64,000 nt of DNA, taken from the NCBI RefSeq assembly GCF_009914755.1, contig NC_060927.1. The stretch is one strand, 5' to 3'. Below, one piece after another: positions 29,558 through 43,212 of the stretch. A model generated the notes under the pieces. The model ran no database searches, was not told the origin of the DNA, and saw only the letters and a program-made list of their open reading frames with translations. This stretch comes from the human T2T-CHM13v2.0 reference genome, Homo sapiens. Each line of letters starts with the position of its first letter. Position 1 is the stretch's first letter. The position numbers were made by a program, and so were the translations under genes.

Positions 29558-30145
29558 TTAAAAAAAAAATTATTCTTAAATGGTTTTATTTGCAAATAAT
29601 TTTTCTGGAGAAGGCTCAAAAGTGACCCACATCCTCAATTTACATTTTAACATAATTTAAAACATTTTTAAAGCAATATAAAATTTTATAATACATAGAA
29701 AAACTTTAATCTTTTTCTCTGAAATACTCTAAATTTTTAAAAATATAATACTTTTTTTTAAAATGTAGCTTTTCATGAAAATACACTCAAAATGCTGTAG
29801 TTGTACTATCAAAAGATAGTAAGGTACAGCACTAAGGAAAACTAGTCCACATAAAATATGTTACAGAGACTTAATCCCAGACATTTCAGCTGTTTTTGTC
29901 CTTATGAATTCTTAAGTTATATAGCCAGGGAGAATGAAGATAACTATTTCTGCATGTAATAATTTTTTTAATGTAAAGAATTATGCTATGAGTTACAACA
30001 ATTATGAAGATGTCTTGTAATTCTACCATTTGATTAAGCTAAGGATGTAGAAAAAATAGTTCTTGACATCAAGATTTGTAGGTCATGTTACACCCCCCCA
30101 CCTCTTACCTCCTTTCCTTCCCAGCCCGATACCCAAACACCTTAC

Positions 30146-30325
30146 CAACTATAGCTTCTGTGAATTTCCCTTCAGCGGGAAGAGGGAAGTACTGGTTTGG
30201 TGATACATTGCTGCCATATCCCAGGAGAAGACCTTCAAGCTTTACATTTGGACTTGGACGCAAGAACTTCAAGAGGATGGAGTCACTTGTGGTATTGATG
30301 TGGACTTTGAGGTTTGGCCTTTTAC
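30146..30325 (-). CDS. ABI3BP: ABI3BP exon 2 (180 nt, phase 1 to 1): (G)KRPNLKVHINTTSDSILLKFLRPSPNVKLEGLLLGYGSNVSPNQYFPLPAEGKFTEAIV(D)
   Basis: Minus strand acceptor ttttcattcccattgttag|GTAAAAGG and donor ATAGTTG|gtaagg. Lies within track ORF 30105-30347. Confidence 0.96.
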
Positions 30326-31283
30326 CTAACAATGGGAATGAAAACATCGATGGCTGTTACTTCCCCTTTTTAGCATCCTACCCAACTTCCCAGCAAGTGT
30401 TGGTGGCTAGAGGCATTGTTCTTGAAAAACATGTTGTCTACTTTGCTACTCAGTATTACAGCACACACCCAAACGCCCAAAATGAAGCTAAATAACATAG
30501 AGCAGCCTAGAATAAAAAGTATATCTTACTGTTCAATACTTAGTAGTTTATTATTGGGCAGGTAGATGGAATTTGGTTTATTTTGGCTCTTCAAAGTTGG
30601 CCAGAACCTTTGCTTTATACACACTGTCTGGGTATGGTGAAAGGACCTGAATTTTTTTATTGGTAAAATTGAATTACTACAGCTCAAAAACGCCCAGCCT
30701 CCTTTATGAGGCTTTCCAGTGCCACATCCACAGGTCTTAGTCATTGACAGAGTTGGAAACAGAGGGAAGAAAAAAGATTTTTGTCTTAGGGATAACTGAC
30801 ATGGTAGAATAGGGAATGCTGGAAGGCAGAGAACGGTTGAGGAGGAAAATGATTAGTTCCATTGGGAGTACATCTGGGAGTACATCTGGAAATACATGGA
30901 GATGCCCAGTAGTGAGTGGGATTTCTAAGTGTGATACTCAGGATGGGGGTCGAGACCCATCTGGGTGTCATTAGCTTATAAGTGATAATTGGATGAACTT
31001 TCCCAGAGAGATGCCAAGAATGAGAAGAGAGACCTTAATCAAATTCTCAAGACATTTATTTTTAAACTACTAAGGCAACAGAGGCAAATAATCACACTAA
31101 CTAAAGGTCTTGACCAAATGGTGAGGAAACACATTGTCTTTTGCCTTTGGAGCCAGAAGGAACCAGGTTCAAACCCCACTTCTGTGACTCTGGCATCCCA
31201 CTGAAGATACTCGAGCCTTATCTTCCTGGTTTCTAAGTGATATATAACATTTACCTTCTTGCTGAGTTATTTACAAAGGTTAG

Positions 31284-31656
31284 TGTATTAGTCTGTTGTG
31301 GCACTGCTATAAAGAGATATCTGAAACTGCGTAATTTATAAAGAGGTTTAATTGGCTCATGGTTCCTAAGGCTGTACAGGAAGCATGGCTGGGGAAATGC
31401 AGGGAACTTTCATGGCAGAAGGTGAAAGCAAAGCAGGCAAGTCTTACATGGCCAGAGTAGGAGGAAGAGAAAGAGGAAGGTGCCACATACCTTTAAACAA
31501 CCAGATCTTGTGCAAACTCTATCACTAGGGGGAGGTTGCTAAACCATTAGAAACCACCCTTGTGATCCAATCACCTCCCACCAGGCCTTACCTCTAACAT
31601 TGGGGATTACAATTCAACATGAGATTTGAATGGGGACATAGAGCCAAATCATATCA
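31284..31656 (-). mobile_element. THE1D/MSTA-like MaLR solo LTR inserted in a MIR
   Basis: tgtattagtctg...gctataaag...tccaatcacctcccaccagg...acaattcaacatgagattt...catatca, about 373 bp. Confidence 0.88.
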
Positions 31657-31725
31657 ATCAGTTAATGTAAATGGCACAACCTTAAACCTGGCCCATAGTA
31701 ATTGCTCAACAAGTGCTTACTAATA

Positions 31726-32069
31726 CAGGTCCACAGTTCTTTAGCCATGATTCAGAAATCAAAAAACTTTGTAGTTTTTTTGTGTCTTTTTTTTTTTTTT
31801 TGTAAGTTTATCTCAGACTCATCTGGCAACACATCCCAGTCAGAACCATCCTGAGGCCATTCAATCTTTCTTTAATCCACTAGGGTGACTATTCATGTGT
31901 TTCATTGAAGAAATGTGTTCAGTTAGATGGTGTTGATCAAGACCCCATTGAGGAAGTTATGTAATATATAATCTTGGCATCCTAGTTCTTTTCTAACCCT
32001 CCTCTCCAAATTTCTGAATTCCAAAACATGTCTGGCCCCAGGGGTTTTAGATAAAGGATTCTGAACCTG
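31726..32069. mobile_element. MER46C (Tigger) MITE
   Basis: ta|caggtccacagttctttag ... gataaaggattctgaacctg TIR-like ends, about 340 bp. Confidence 0.75.
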
Positions 32070-34334
32070 GATTATGTTTTTTCTTTATTCCCCAGAGATT
32101 TAATATTTAAAAAATATTTTGACTATTGAAAAGACTGCATTTACTGACTTAATAATTCACATTCTATTTCTCATTAATCAAAGACTTAGATTGTACAAAT
32201 ACCAATCACCACTTTTGTGCAGCATGTGCTCCCCAACATCATCACAATGAATTTATTCTACGCCACCCAAAATCAGCCTGCACAGCCTCAATAGAACCAC
32301 AGAAAATGTTCAATTAGGCCTTTGGAAAAAGAAAAATAACCCTTTCTTGGATACCAAGTTGTGGGGATTATTCATACCTCAGCAGCTAAGGCTATAGTTT
32401 CCATGTATGTGCATAGTAGTTTTTACTTTCCAAGAACTTGATGACATTTTTATAAACTTCTTGAATCTCAGACTGCTATTGTTATACTGTGGCAAAATAA
32501 AAAGCCAGGGATATGAGTGGCTTATCCAAAATCTGAAAAGGGACCTTACAAATCAGCTAGTATAATTCCTCCAAATGAGGAAATTGAGGCGCCCAGCACG
32601 TTAAAAGTGGGTCAAAACTAGATCTTGGGCTCTCTCTAGGCTGGACTGCACTGCTCTCTTTTCACTGAGAACTTTGTAACTATCCAAAAGAGTAAGGAGT
32701 GGCCACACCACAGATCATAATGCTCAAGTTGGGGTGCCAACTGTTAGTGTTTTGTGTGAACTTTGCCAGGTTTTGATAAGATGATTTATACTTCAGATAA
32801 AACACAGATTTTGTCAATTTTTTCCCTTTTTAATAATGTGCCTAGATTAACTCTAGTTACTTCACCCTGCTCAATAGAATGGAACCAATGTAAAATCGAA
32901 CACATATTCTGCTACCTTAGAAGGCTATCAAGTCTCACAACGAATCTAAACTCAACCAGCTTATTTCCAACACTTAGTTGGGAGGGAGCATTTAACAAAT
33001 CTTAGTACACGTAGGCTGCATTCATATTTGACAAAGAGCCAACAGTCACAGCATCATCATCACGTTAGACTTTTGCTCATGGACTCTGGCCTGATGAATC
33101 ACATTATTTCTCCCATGGGAAAGTGGAAAAGATGGCTACATCAGATGAGAACAAGGAAGGCTGTTCCATTTTTCCAAACAAAGTGGAAGTAATCCACCTC
33201 CTGTGCACAGGACTTTTCATGACTCCAGTCTCTCTCCCTTTTGCTAACAATGTATATCCACAAATACATCAACATCATATAACTATTCAAATGAATTGGC
33301 ATTTAGCTGTTCTACTTTTTCTAAAATTCCAGTTCATACTACTCTCTCGAGCTAAATTTAAAATGTTCTGAAAGAGAAAAATACATACAGACAAATCTCA
33401 TCTCAACACAGCATCACAAACTTAATTTTAAGACCATTACCTGAGTTCTTTTTTTAGAGCCAGTAACTCAAATGTCTTCATTATCTTACCACACATTACT
33501 TCTTCTCTTATTACTTTTCAACATTTCTCATTTGTTTTTGACCCTTACAATCCTCTCACATTCTGCAATGCATATGAGGCTTTGGCCCTACACCTTTGCT
33601 CAGGTTGTCCACCCAGTATGGATTCCCTCTATCTTTGGTTTGCCTTCCCTACATGCCTTGACTTACTCAGTTATTACCAAATTGACTCTTTCAGTGTCAG
33701 CAAAAAGGTTAAGCAAGTTTTTTTTTCCTTCAATATAAATAAGTTCAAGTGTTCCTTTGAACGAATGTTTAGATGTGTATTAAATGACATTTTACACTCT
33801 TGGACAATTTCTCCAATAATTTGAGGTATGCCTATGTACATTCTACACTAATGTTTAATCTTTGATAATACATTTATTTTCAGTGTAATTCTGGTTTAGT
33901 AGTTTGGAATACTAGTCATAAAATGGCATCTTTCAACAGTTAGTATAAAGACCTCTGGTGAGTGCCTTAAGGTAGGGATCATAGAAAATAATACCACATG
34001 ATACAAGCTTAACTAGTACAACATCTATAAGTAAAAATGGTATATATGTCACCAGAAGAGCCCAGGAATTCAGAAAAATAAGACTACTGGAAGAACGTTT
34101 TATTGCACCTTATATGAGGAACAAAGCATATGTCAACAGGAGTGAGAAAAAATAAAAACAGAAGGTAAACATTTTGGGAAAGTAACACTAGTAGGCCTTA
34201 GACAAAAAATTGCATATTTGCAAAGTAGAATCTTGGATCTACGATGGTGGTTTCTAATCCTTTGTTTGCAACACCTTAGTGCATCTGTTAATATTTCAAA
34301 GAGTGTTAAGAAATTCTTTTAAAAAAAGTCTTTC

Positions 34335-36730
34335 TCAGAAATGACAAAGGTGACACTACCACTGATCCCACAGAAATCCAAAAAACCCTCAGAGACTATT
34401 ACAAATACCTCTATGCACACAAACTAGAAAACCTAGAAGAAATGGATAAATTACTGGAACCATACAACCTCCCAAGATTGAACCAGGAAGAAACTGAAAT
34501 CCTGAATAGATTAATGAGTTATAAAATTGAATCAGTAACAAAAAGCCTACCAACCTGAAAAGGCCCTGAGCCAGAGAGATTCACAGCCAAATTCCACCTA
34601 TAAAGATGAACTGGTACCAATCCTACTGAAATTATTCCCCAAAAAATTGAGGAGGAGGGACTCCTCCATAACTCATTCTATGAGGCCAGTATCATTCTAA
34701 TACCAAAACCTGGCAGAAACACAATGAAAAAAGAAAACTTCAGGCCAATATCCCTGATGAACATAGATGCAGAAATCCTCAACAAAATACTAGCAAATCA
34801 ATCCAGTTGCACATGAAAAAGCTAATTTGCCATGATCAAGTAGGCTTTATTTCTGAGTTGTAAGGTTGGCTTAACATATGCAAATTAATAAATGTGATTC
34901 ATCACATAAACAGAACTAAAAACAAAAACTGCACGATCATCTCAATAAATGCACAAAAGACTTTTGATAAAATTCAACATCCTTCCATGTTAAAAATCCT
35001 CAACAAACTAGGCATCGAAGGACCATAGCTCAAAATAATAAGAGCCATCTATGACAAACCCACAGCCAGCCAACATCATGCTGAACATTCAAAAGCTGGA
35101 AGCATTTTCTCTGAGAACTGGCACAAGACAGGGATGCCCACTCTCACCATTCCTATTCAACATAGTACTGGAAGTCTTAGCTAGAGCAATCAGGAAAGAG
35201 AAAGCAAGAGAAAGAAATAAAAGACATACAAATAGGAAGAGAGGAAGTCAAACTGTTTCTCTGCAGATAATATAATTCTGTACCTAGAAAATCCTGTAGT
35301 CTCTGCCAAAAGGCTACTAGAAATGATAAACAACTTCAGCAAGTTTCAGGATACAAAATCAATGGACAAAAATTAGTAGCATTTCTATACATCAATAATG
35401 TCCAAACGAAGGGCCAAATCAAGAATACAATACCATTCACAATAGCCACACACACAAAAAAAAACTACCTAGGAATACAGCTAACCATGGAGGTAAAAGA
35501 TCTCTACAACAAGAATTACGAAACACTGCTGAAAGAAATCAAAGATGATACAAAAAATGGAAAACATCTCATGCTCATGAATAGGAAGAATCAATATTGG
35601 TAAAATGGCCATACTGCCCACAGCAATGTACAGATTCAATGTTCTTTCTATCAACTACGAATGACATTTTTTTCACAGAACTAGAAAAAACTATTCTAAA
35701 ATTCATATGGAACCACAAAACAGCCCAAGTAGCCAAAGCAATTCTAAACAAAAAGAACAAAGCTAGAGGCATCAAACTACCTGCCTTCAAACTATACTAC
35801 AGGACCACAGTAACCAAAACGGCATGGTACTAGTACAAAAACAGACACATAGGCCAATGTAACAGGTTAGAAAGCCCAGAAATAAGGACACACACCTACA
35901 ACAATCTGATTTTCAACAAAGCCGAAAAAAAACAAGCAATAGGGAAAGGACTCCCTATTCAGTAAATGGAGTGGGATAATGGTTAGCCATATGCAGAAGA
36001 TTGAAGCTGGATCCCTTCCTTTCACCATATATAAAAATCAACTCAACATGGATTAAAGACAAATGTAAAACCTAAAACTATAAAAACCTCAGAGGAAAAT
36101 CTAGGGCGTATCATTCTGGACATAGGCCTTCGCAAAGATTTCATGACAAAGTCTCCCAAACAAAAACAAAAATGGAGAAGTGGGACTTAATTAAACTAAA
36201 GAGCTTCTGCACAGCAAACAAAACTATCAACAGAGCAAACAGACAGCCTATAGAAAGGGAGAAAATATTTGCAAACTACTCATCTGACAAAGGTCTAATA
36301 TCCAGAATCTATAAGAAACTTGAACAAATCAACAAGCAGAAAAACCAAATAACCCCATTTTAAAAAATAGGCAAATCATAGGAACAGACACTTCTCAAAA
36401 GAAGACATACGTGTGGCCAACAAGCACATGAAAAAGTTCCCAACATCACTAATCGTTACAGAAATGCACATCAAAACCACAACGAGACATCATCTCATAC
36501 CATCAGAATGGCTATTATTAAAAAGTCAGAAGATAACAGATGCTGGCGAGGTTGTGGAGAAAAGGGAATGTTTACACACTGCTAGTGGGAATGTAAATTA
36601 GTTCAGCCATTGTGGAAGGCAGTTTGGAGATTTTTCAAAGAACTTAAAACAGAACTGTCATTCAACCCAGCAATCCCATTACTGGGTATATACCCAAAGG
36701 AATAAAAATCATTTTACCAAAAAGACACAT
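34335..36730 (+). mobile_element. L1PB/late-L1PA ORF2 fragment, truncated at both ends (no 3'UTR)
   Basis: ORF2 peptides ([28 protein letters not shown]; [13 protein letters not shown]). Stops abruptly at aaagacacat. Confidence 0.9.
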
Positions 36731-37644
36731 AACCCTAACACATGGTACTCAGTGAGACAAGCTAAACTATCATGGACATCCAGTCACTTATGGGAGAGAA
36801 AGGAATCATCATTATAATCCATTTAGTAGGAGGAATTCTTTCATATCTAATCTTTCATAAGGTTATCTTACATTCTCCAGAATATTTCAGAATGTGGTTT
36901 AAATTGTTGATCTCAAGTTGGTCAACATAATAAAATTACTTCAAGAGAAAAGCTGCAAAATATTAAAGCACTCTTCTAAAAGTAGATAATACTTATTAGT
37001 GTAGCAACAATTATTATTTTATGTTTTCAATGTGGCAGACACTAACAAAGAAATTAAGATTATTCTAAATAGCACATATAGACTTAAAACAGATCAGGTA
37101 CCGTATTAATTGCCATAAGATACTAAGTAAAAGAATAGCTATAATACTGATGTCAATAAAATAATAACATCATTTCAGGATTAAACACATAACCCTATTC
37201 TTATCCATAGTGTGTTCTTCTTTTATTGCACAATTTTCACTTACAGTGCCAACCTCTATACCTACTCAGCTACTTATTTCATTATACAAAATCAAATTTT
37301 CTAAGATATCAAAATAATAAAGTCAATTCCTGTCAGTTGAGATATGGCATATGAAGCACAGATTTTAAAAACTGATAAATTGGACTAGGTCAAATTTTTA
37401 AAGTTTTGAATTTTAAAAGAACTAACAAGAAAAAAAAAAGGCAAGCTACCCATTGGGAGACAATATTTGCAATATATATATATATATATATCTATTGAAG
37501 GACTTGTATTTATGTAAAGAAAATAATTCTTTCTATTCAATAAAAAGAAAGAAAAAACATGAAAAAAATAACAAAAATTTAAATAGATTCCTCATTAAAG
37601 GAGACATAGGATAGCCAAGAAGCACATGAAAAAATGCCCAACAT

Positions 37645-40600
37645 CTGGGTTTGGGAGATATTGTCTGTAACGGGTCAGATAGTAAATATTTTAGGTTTGT
37701 CAGGACAGATGTTCTGTACCACAACCATTCAACTCTGCCATCATAGCACATAAGCAGCTATAGACATCATATAAACAAATGGACATGGCTAAGTTCCAAT
37801 AGAGTGATTTTCTTTGTTTTAATCCAATAATAATTTTTTAATTATACTCTAAGTTCTGGGGTACATGTGCAGAACGTGCATGTTTGTTACATAAGTATAC
37901 ACGTGCCATGGTGGTTTGCTGCACCTATCAAGCCATCATCTACATTAGGTATTTCTCCTAATGCTACCCCTCCCCTAACCCCCCACCCCGAAAAAGGCCC
38001 TGGTGTGTGATGTTCCCCTCCTTGTGTGCTTGTGTTCTCATTGTCCAACTCCCACTTATGATTGAGAAAATGCAGTGTCTGGTTTTCTGTTCTTGCATTA
38101 GTTTGTTGAGAATGATGGTTTCCAGCATCATCCATGTCCCTACAAAGGACATGAACTCATCCTTTTTTATGGCTGCATAGTATTCCATGGTATATATGTG
38201 CCACATTTTCCTTATCCAGTCTATCTCTGATGGGCATTTGGGTTGGTTCCAAGTCTTTGCTATTGTGAACAGTGCCACAATAAACATATGTGTGTATGTG
38301 TCTTTATAGTAGAATGATTTATAATCCTTTGGGTATATACCCAGTAATGGGATTGCTGGGTCAAATGGTATTTCTAGTTCTAGATCCTTGAGGAATCACC
38401 ACACTGTCTTCCACAATGGTTGGACTGATTTACACTCCCACCAACAGTGTAAAAGTGTTCCTATTTCTCCACATCCTCTCCAGCATCTGTTGTTTCCTGA
38501 CTTTTTAATGATCACCATTCTAACTGGCATGAGATGGTATCTCATTGTGGTTTTGATTTGCATTTCTCTAATAACCAGTGATGATGAGCTTTTTTTCATA
38601 TGTTTGTTGGCTGCATAAATGTCTTCTTTTGAGAAGTGTCTGTTCATATCCTTCACCCACTTTTTGATGGGGTTGTTTTCTTGTCAATTTGTTTAAGTTC
38701 TTTGTAGATTCTGGATATTAACCCTTTGTCAGATGGGTAGATTGCAAAAATTTTCTCCCATTCTGTAGGTTGCCTGTTCACTCTGATGATAGTTTCTTTT
38801 GCTGTGCAGAAGCTCTTTAGTTTAATCAGATCCGATTTCTCTATTCTGGCTTTTGTTGCCATTGCTTTTGGTGTTTTAGTCATGAAGTCTTTGGCCATGC
38901 CAATTTCCTGAATCGTATTGCCTAGGTTTTCTTCTAGGGTTTTTATGATTTTAGATCTTATGTTTAAGTCTTTAATCCATCTTGAGTTAATTTTTGTATA
39001 AGGTGTAAGGAACGGATCCAGTTTCTGCTTTTGGCATATGGCTAGCCAGTTTTCCCAATACCATTTATTAAATTGGGAATCCTTTCCCTATTTCTTGTTT
39101 TTGTCAGGTTTGTCAAAGATCAGATGGTTGTAGATATGTGGTGTTATTTCTGAGGCCTCTGTTCTGTTCCACTGGTCTATATATCTGTTTTGGTACAAGT
39201 ACCATGATGTTTTTGTTACTGTAGCATTTTAGTATAGTTTGAAGTCAGGTAGTGTGATGCCTCCAGCTTTGTTCTTTCTGCTTAAGATTGTCTTGGCTAT
39301 GCAGGCTCTTTTTTTATTCCATATGAAATTGAAAGTAGTTTTTTCCAATTCTGTGAAGAAAGTCAATGGTAATTTGATCAGGATAGGATTAAATCTATAA
39401 ATTACTTTGGGCAGTATGGCCATTTTCACGATATTGATTCTTCCTATCCATGAGCACGGAATGTTTTTCCATTTGTTTGTGTCCTCTCTTACTTCCTTGA
39501 GCAGTGGTTTGTAGTTCTCCTTCAAGAGGCCCTTTGCATCCCTTGTAAGTTGGATTCCTAGGTATTTTATTCTCTTTGTAGCAATTGTGAATGGGAGTTC
39601 ACTCATGATTTGGCTCTCTGTTTGTCTGTTTTTTGTGTATAGGAAGGTTGTGATTTTTGCACATTGATTTTGTATCCTGAGACTTTGCTGAAGTTGCTTA
39701 TCAGCTTAAGGAGATTTTGGGCTGAGATGATGGGGTTTTCTAAATATACAATCATGTCATCTGCAAACAGAGACAATTTGACTTCCACTTTTCGTACTTG
39801 AGTACCCTTTATTTCTTTCTCTTGCCTGATTGCCCTGGCCAGAACTTCCAACACTATGTTGAATAGAAGTGGGAGAGAGGGCATCCTTGTCTTGTGCCAG
39901 TTTTCAAAGGGAATGCTTCCAGTTTTTGCCCATTCAGTATGATATTGGCTGTGGGTTTGTCATAAATAGTTCTTATTATTTTGAGATATGTTCCATCAAT
40001 GCCTAGTTTATTGAGAGTTTTTAGCATGAAGGGCTTTGAATTTTGTTGAAGGCCTTTTCTGCATCTGTTGAGATAATCATGTGGTTTTTGTCATTGGTTC
40101 TGTTTATTTGATGGATTACATTTATTAATTTGCGTATGTTGAACCAGCCTTGCATCCCAGGGATGAAGCCGACTTGATCGTGGTGGATAAGCTTTTTGAT
40201 GTGCTGCTGGATTTGGTTTGCCAGTATTTTATTGAGGATTTTTGCATCAATGTTCATCAAGGATATTGGCCTGAAATTTTCTTTTTTTGTTGTGTCTCTG
40301 CCAGGTTTTGGTATCAGGATGATGCTGGCCTCATAAAATGAGTTAGGGAGAAATCCCTCTTTTTTTATTGTTTTGAAGAGTTTCAGAAGTAATGGTACCA
40401 GCTCCTCTTTGTACCTCTGGTAGAATTCGGCTGTGAATCTGTCTGGTCCTGGACTTTTTTTTTGGTTGTTAGGCTATTAATTGCTGCCTCAATTTCCGAA
40501 CTTGTTATTGGTCTATTCAGGGATTCAGCTTCTTCCTGGTTTAGTCTTGGGAGGGTTATGTGTCCAGAAATTTACCCACTTCTTCTAGATTTACTAGTTT

Positions 40601-40951
40601 ATTTGCATAGAGGTGTTTATAGTATTCTCTGATGGTAGTTTTTATTTCTGTGGGATTGGTGGTAATATCCCCTTTACCATTTTTTATTGCATCTATTTGA
40701 TTCTTCTCTCTTTTCATCTTTATTAGTCTGGCTAGTGGTCTATCTATTTTGTTGATCTTTTCAAAGAACCAGCTCCTGGATTCACTGAGATTTTGAAGGG
40801 TTTTTCATGTCTCTGTCTCCTTCGTTTCTGCTCTGATTTTACTATTCCTTGTCTTCTGCTATCTTTTGAAATTGTTTGCCAATAGAGCAATATTTATAAA
40901 AATAGGCAGTGGGCTGGATTTGGCCTGCAGGTCATAGTTTGCCAACTTTTG
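37645..40951. mobile_element. MER58A split into 37645-37808 and 40879-40951 by an L1
   Basis: tctgtaacgggtcagatagtaaatattttagg...gttccaata on the left and aggcagtgggctggatttggcctgcaggtcatagtttgccaac on the right. Confidence 0.85.
37809..40878 (-). mobile_element. 5'-truncated L1PA7-like element (about 3.07 kb)
   Basis: ORF2 RT peptides ([39 protein letters not shown]; [15 protein letters not shown]) and 3'UTR. TSD ccaatagag(tg/ca)at at 37796-37808 and 40879-40891. Confidence 0.94.
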
Positions 40952-41807
40952 GTTAATATCATGAGTCATTAGGGAAATGCAAATTAAAACCACAGTGAAA
41001 TATTACACATAAGAATGGCTGAAATTAAAGACTGCTAATCCCAAGTGTTAGGAAAAATGTAGTACATCTGGAACCTTCATACATTTTGAGTGTAAATTTT
41101 AAATGGTCTAACCACTTGGGAAAATGCTTGCCAGTTAGCTAATAACCTATTAATTTCATTCCTAGGTATTTACTCAGGAGAAATGAAGACACAAGTCTGT
41201 GCAAAAACTTGTGTGCAAATATTTAAAGCAGTGCCAAACTAGAAACAAACCCAAATGTCCATCAACAGTTGAACAGATAAACATTTATAGCTCATCCCTA
41301 TAATGAGATATAGCTCAGCAATAAAACAGAACAAATTACCTACATACACAACATAGTTGAATCTTTTGTCTGGCATGCCGTTACGCTACTGTAGAACGGG
41401 CTATGACTTTCCTCATCTCCATAACCACCCTATACAGACTCTCCGGATGGAAGGTCATTCAAGCATCTTACAGCACCTGCAGAATTAGTTTTAATAGGGT
41501 CTAATATTATTATTCACCACTCAACAAACATAAAGTTAGCAAGTCCTTTTCAGGAATTATTATGCTCTAAGAACGGACAATGCTAAGTTTCCAACGTAGT
41601 CTATGCTCTGCTTTGACAGCAGGTTACAAGTAGAAAACGTTCCAATGCCTTTATGGTCACATCAGTTTATGAAGGAGCTGTCAAGATGTCACGTCTCAAG
41701 TTTATGTATTAAGCAGGGCAGTCACTGTCAGAAGCTTCCAAAAATCATAGTATATGACATAGATTGTATTAAATTAAACTTTAACACTAAGATATACAAA
41801 CTATAAT

Positions 41808-42159
41808 CTTAAAAAAGAACAAGAGTAAGTCCTTTGTGGGAACATAGATGGAGCTGGAGGCCATTATCCTTGGTAAACGAACACAAGAACAGAAAACCAA
41901 ATACTGCATGTTCTCACTTATAAGTGGGGGCTAAACGATGAGAACATATGGACACAAAGAGGGGAACAACACACACTGATGCCTACTTGAAGAAGGAGGA
42001 TGGGAGGAGGGAGAGGATCAGAAAAAATAACCATTGGGTACTAGGCTTAGTAGCTGGGTGACAAATTAATCTGTACAACAAACTCCTGTGACATGAGTTT
42101 CCCTATATAACAAACCTGTACATGTACCCCTGAACCTAAAAGTTAAAAAAAAAAAAAAA
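41808..42159 (+). mobile_element. L1PA15/16-like 3' end
   Basis: gggtactaggcttagtagctgggtgac...catgtacccctgaacctaaaagtt plus A-tail. Confidence 0.85.
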
Positions 42160-43212
42160 CAAGCAAACATAGGGATTGGCAATAATTTAACATTTTCTTT
42201 AATTCTTAGGGAGTCGAAAAGGGATCACATAGCATGGGCTTTCTGTTCAAATGACTCTCCCTGTCCTGCCACCAGGAATCCAAGGAAAGGTATTAAAAGG
42301 AAAAAACCATGGAGTTTCAGTAATTTCCCTGTGACAATGAAGAATCACTGTGAAGACAGTGGCCAGAGACAATTATACAAGTATCTTCAGTTGTTCCTGA
42401 TCCTTATATAGAAATGTGTAGTCTTGTGTGTTAGTCCGTAAAATGACTTTTTTCTTATCAAAGACAAGCTGAAAGTCAGTGATGCTAGTGGAAATTTTCA
42501 TAACAAAAAACCATGGCAGCTTCAGCTAAATACTTTAAGGAGAATGAAAATTAAATGATGTTATCAATTAAGTAATATTAGACAGTATTAAAAGTGTTTT
42601 CACCAGTGCTGAAACAGCAAGACGCTTACATGACCTTCCATCAGAAGGAGAGTCTGTGTAAGGTGGTTGTAGAGATGAACAAAGTCATGGCCCCTCCTGC
42701 AGTGGTATGATGGCATGAAAGAACAAAGTAGGTAAAAGGAATTAAATTGCTTTGGTGGTGGTGGACGTTGTTGGGGGGGCATGTGTGTGTGCATGCACAT
42801 GTGCCTGTGCATGCATGTGTGTGTGCCAAATTGTAATTGGAATCACAGAATAATTGTTAGGCAAATCCTTTCTAAATTTAAAGTTCTTATATTCCAACTA
42901 CCAATTCCATATATCTCATTTTATCCTGGCTCTCTGGACCTCCAGGCTGGAATCTTTTCTCAAAATCCCAGATTCTCCATCACTGTCTTCCCAACTCTTT
43001 GGGAATGGAGTTTTACTAGGTCCCAGTAGGGAATTTCTGAGTGCTTACAGAGAATTAGTGGGCAGTGAACATGTAGCTGCTCTAAAACATGTCTTCCAGA
43101 AAGAGGGATGTCGCTGACAGTTGTTCAGGTTATGCAGTGAAAAACTCATTCAAACATCTTTTTATCATCTTTATCTATTTTATCTTTATTTATCTTTATC
43201 TATTTTATCATT

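Larger units (their letters stand above)
37340..41365 (+). mobile_element. Old L1M 3' region, interrupted by MER58A and L1PA7 (pieces about 37340-37644 and 40952-41365)
   Basis: agcacatgaaaaaatgcccaacat is continued by catgagtcattagggaaatgcaaattaaaaccac after the inserts. Confidence 0.75.

Noticed and set aside
30085-30495. 136-aa plus-strand ORF
   Set aside because: Antisense shadow of ABI3BP exon 2.
30863-30895. 12-bp tandem repeat tgggagtacatc (about 2.7 copies)
   Set aside because: Ordinary slippage duplication in degraded L2-like sequence.
42779-42826. TG/CA alternating tract as Z-DNA
   Set aside because: Short, interrupted and common in introns, with no supporting context.
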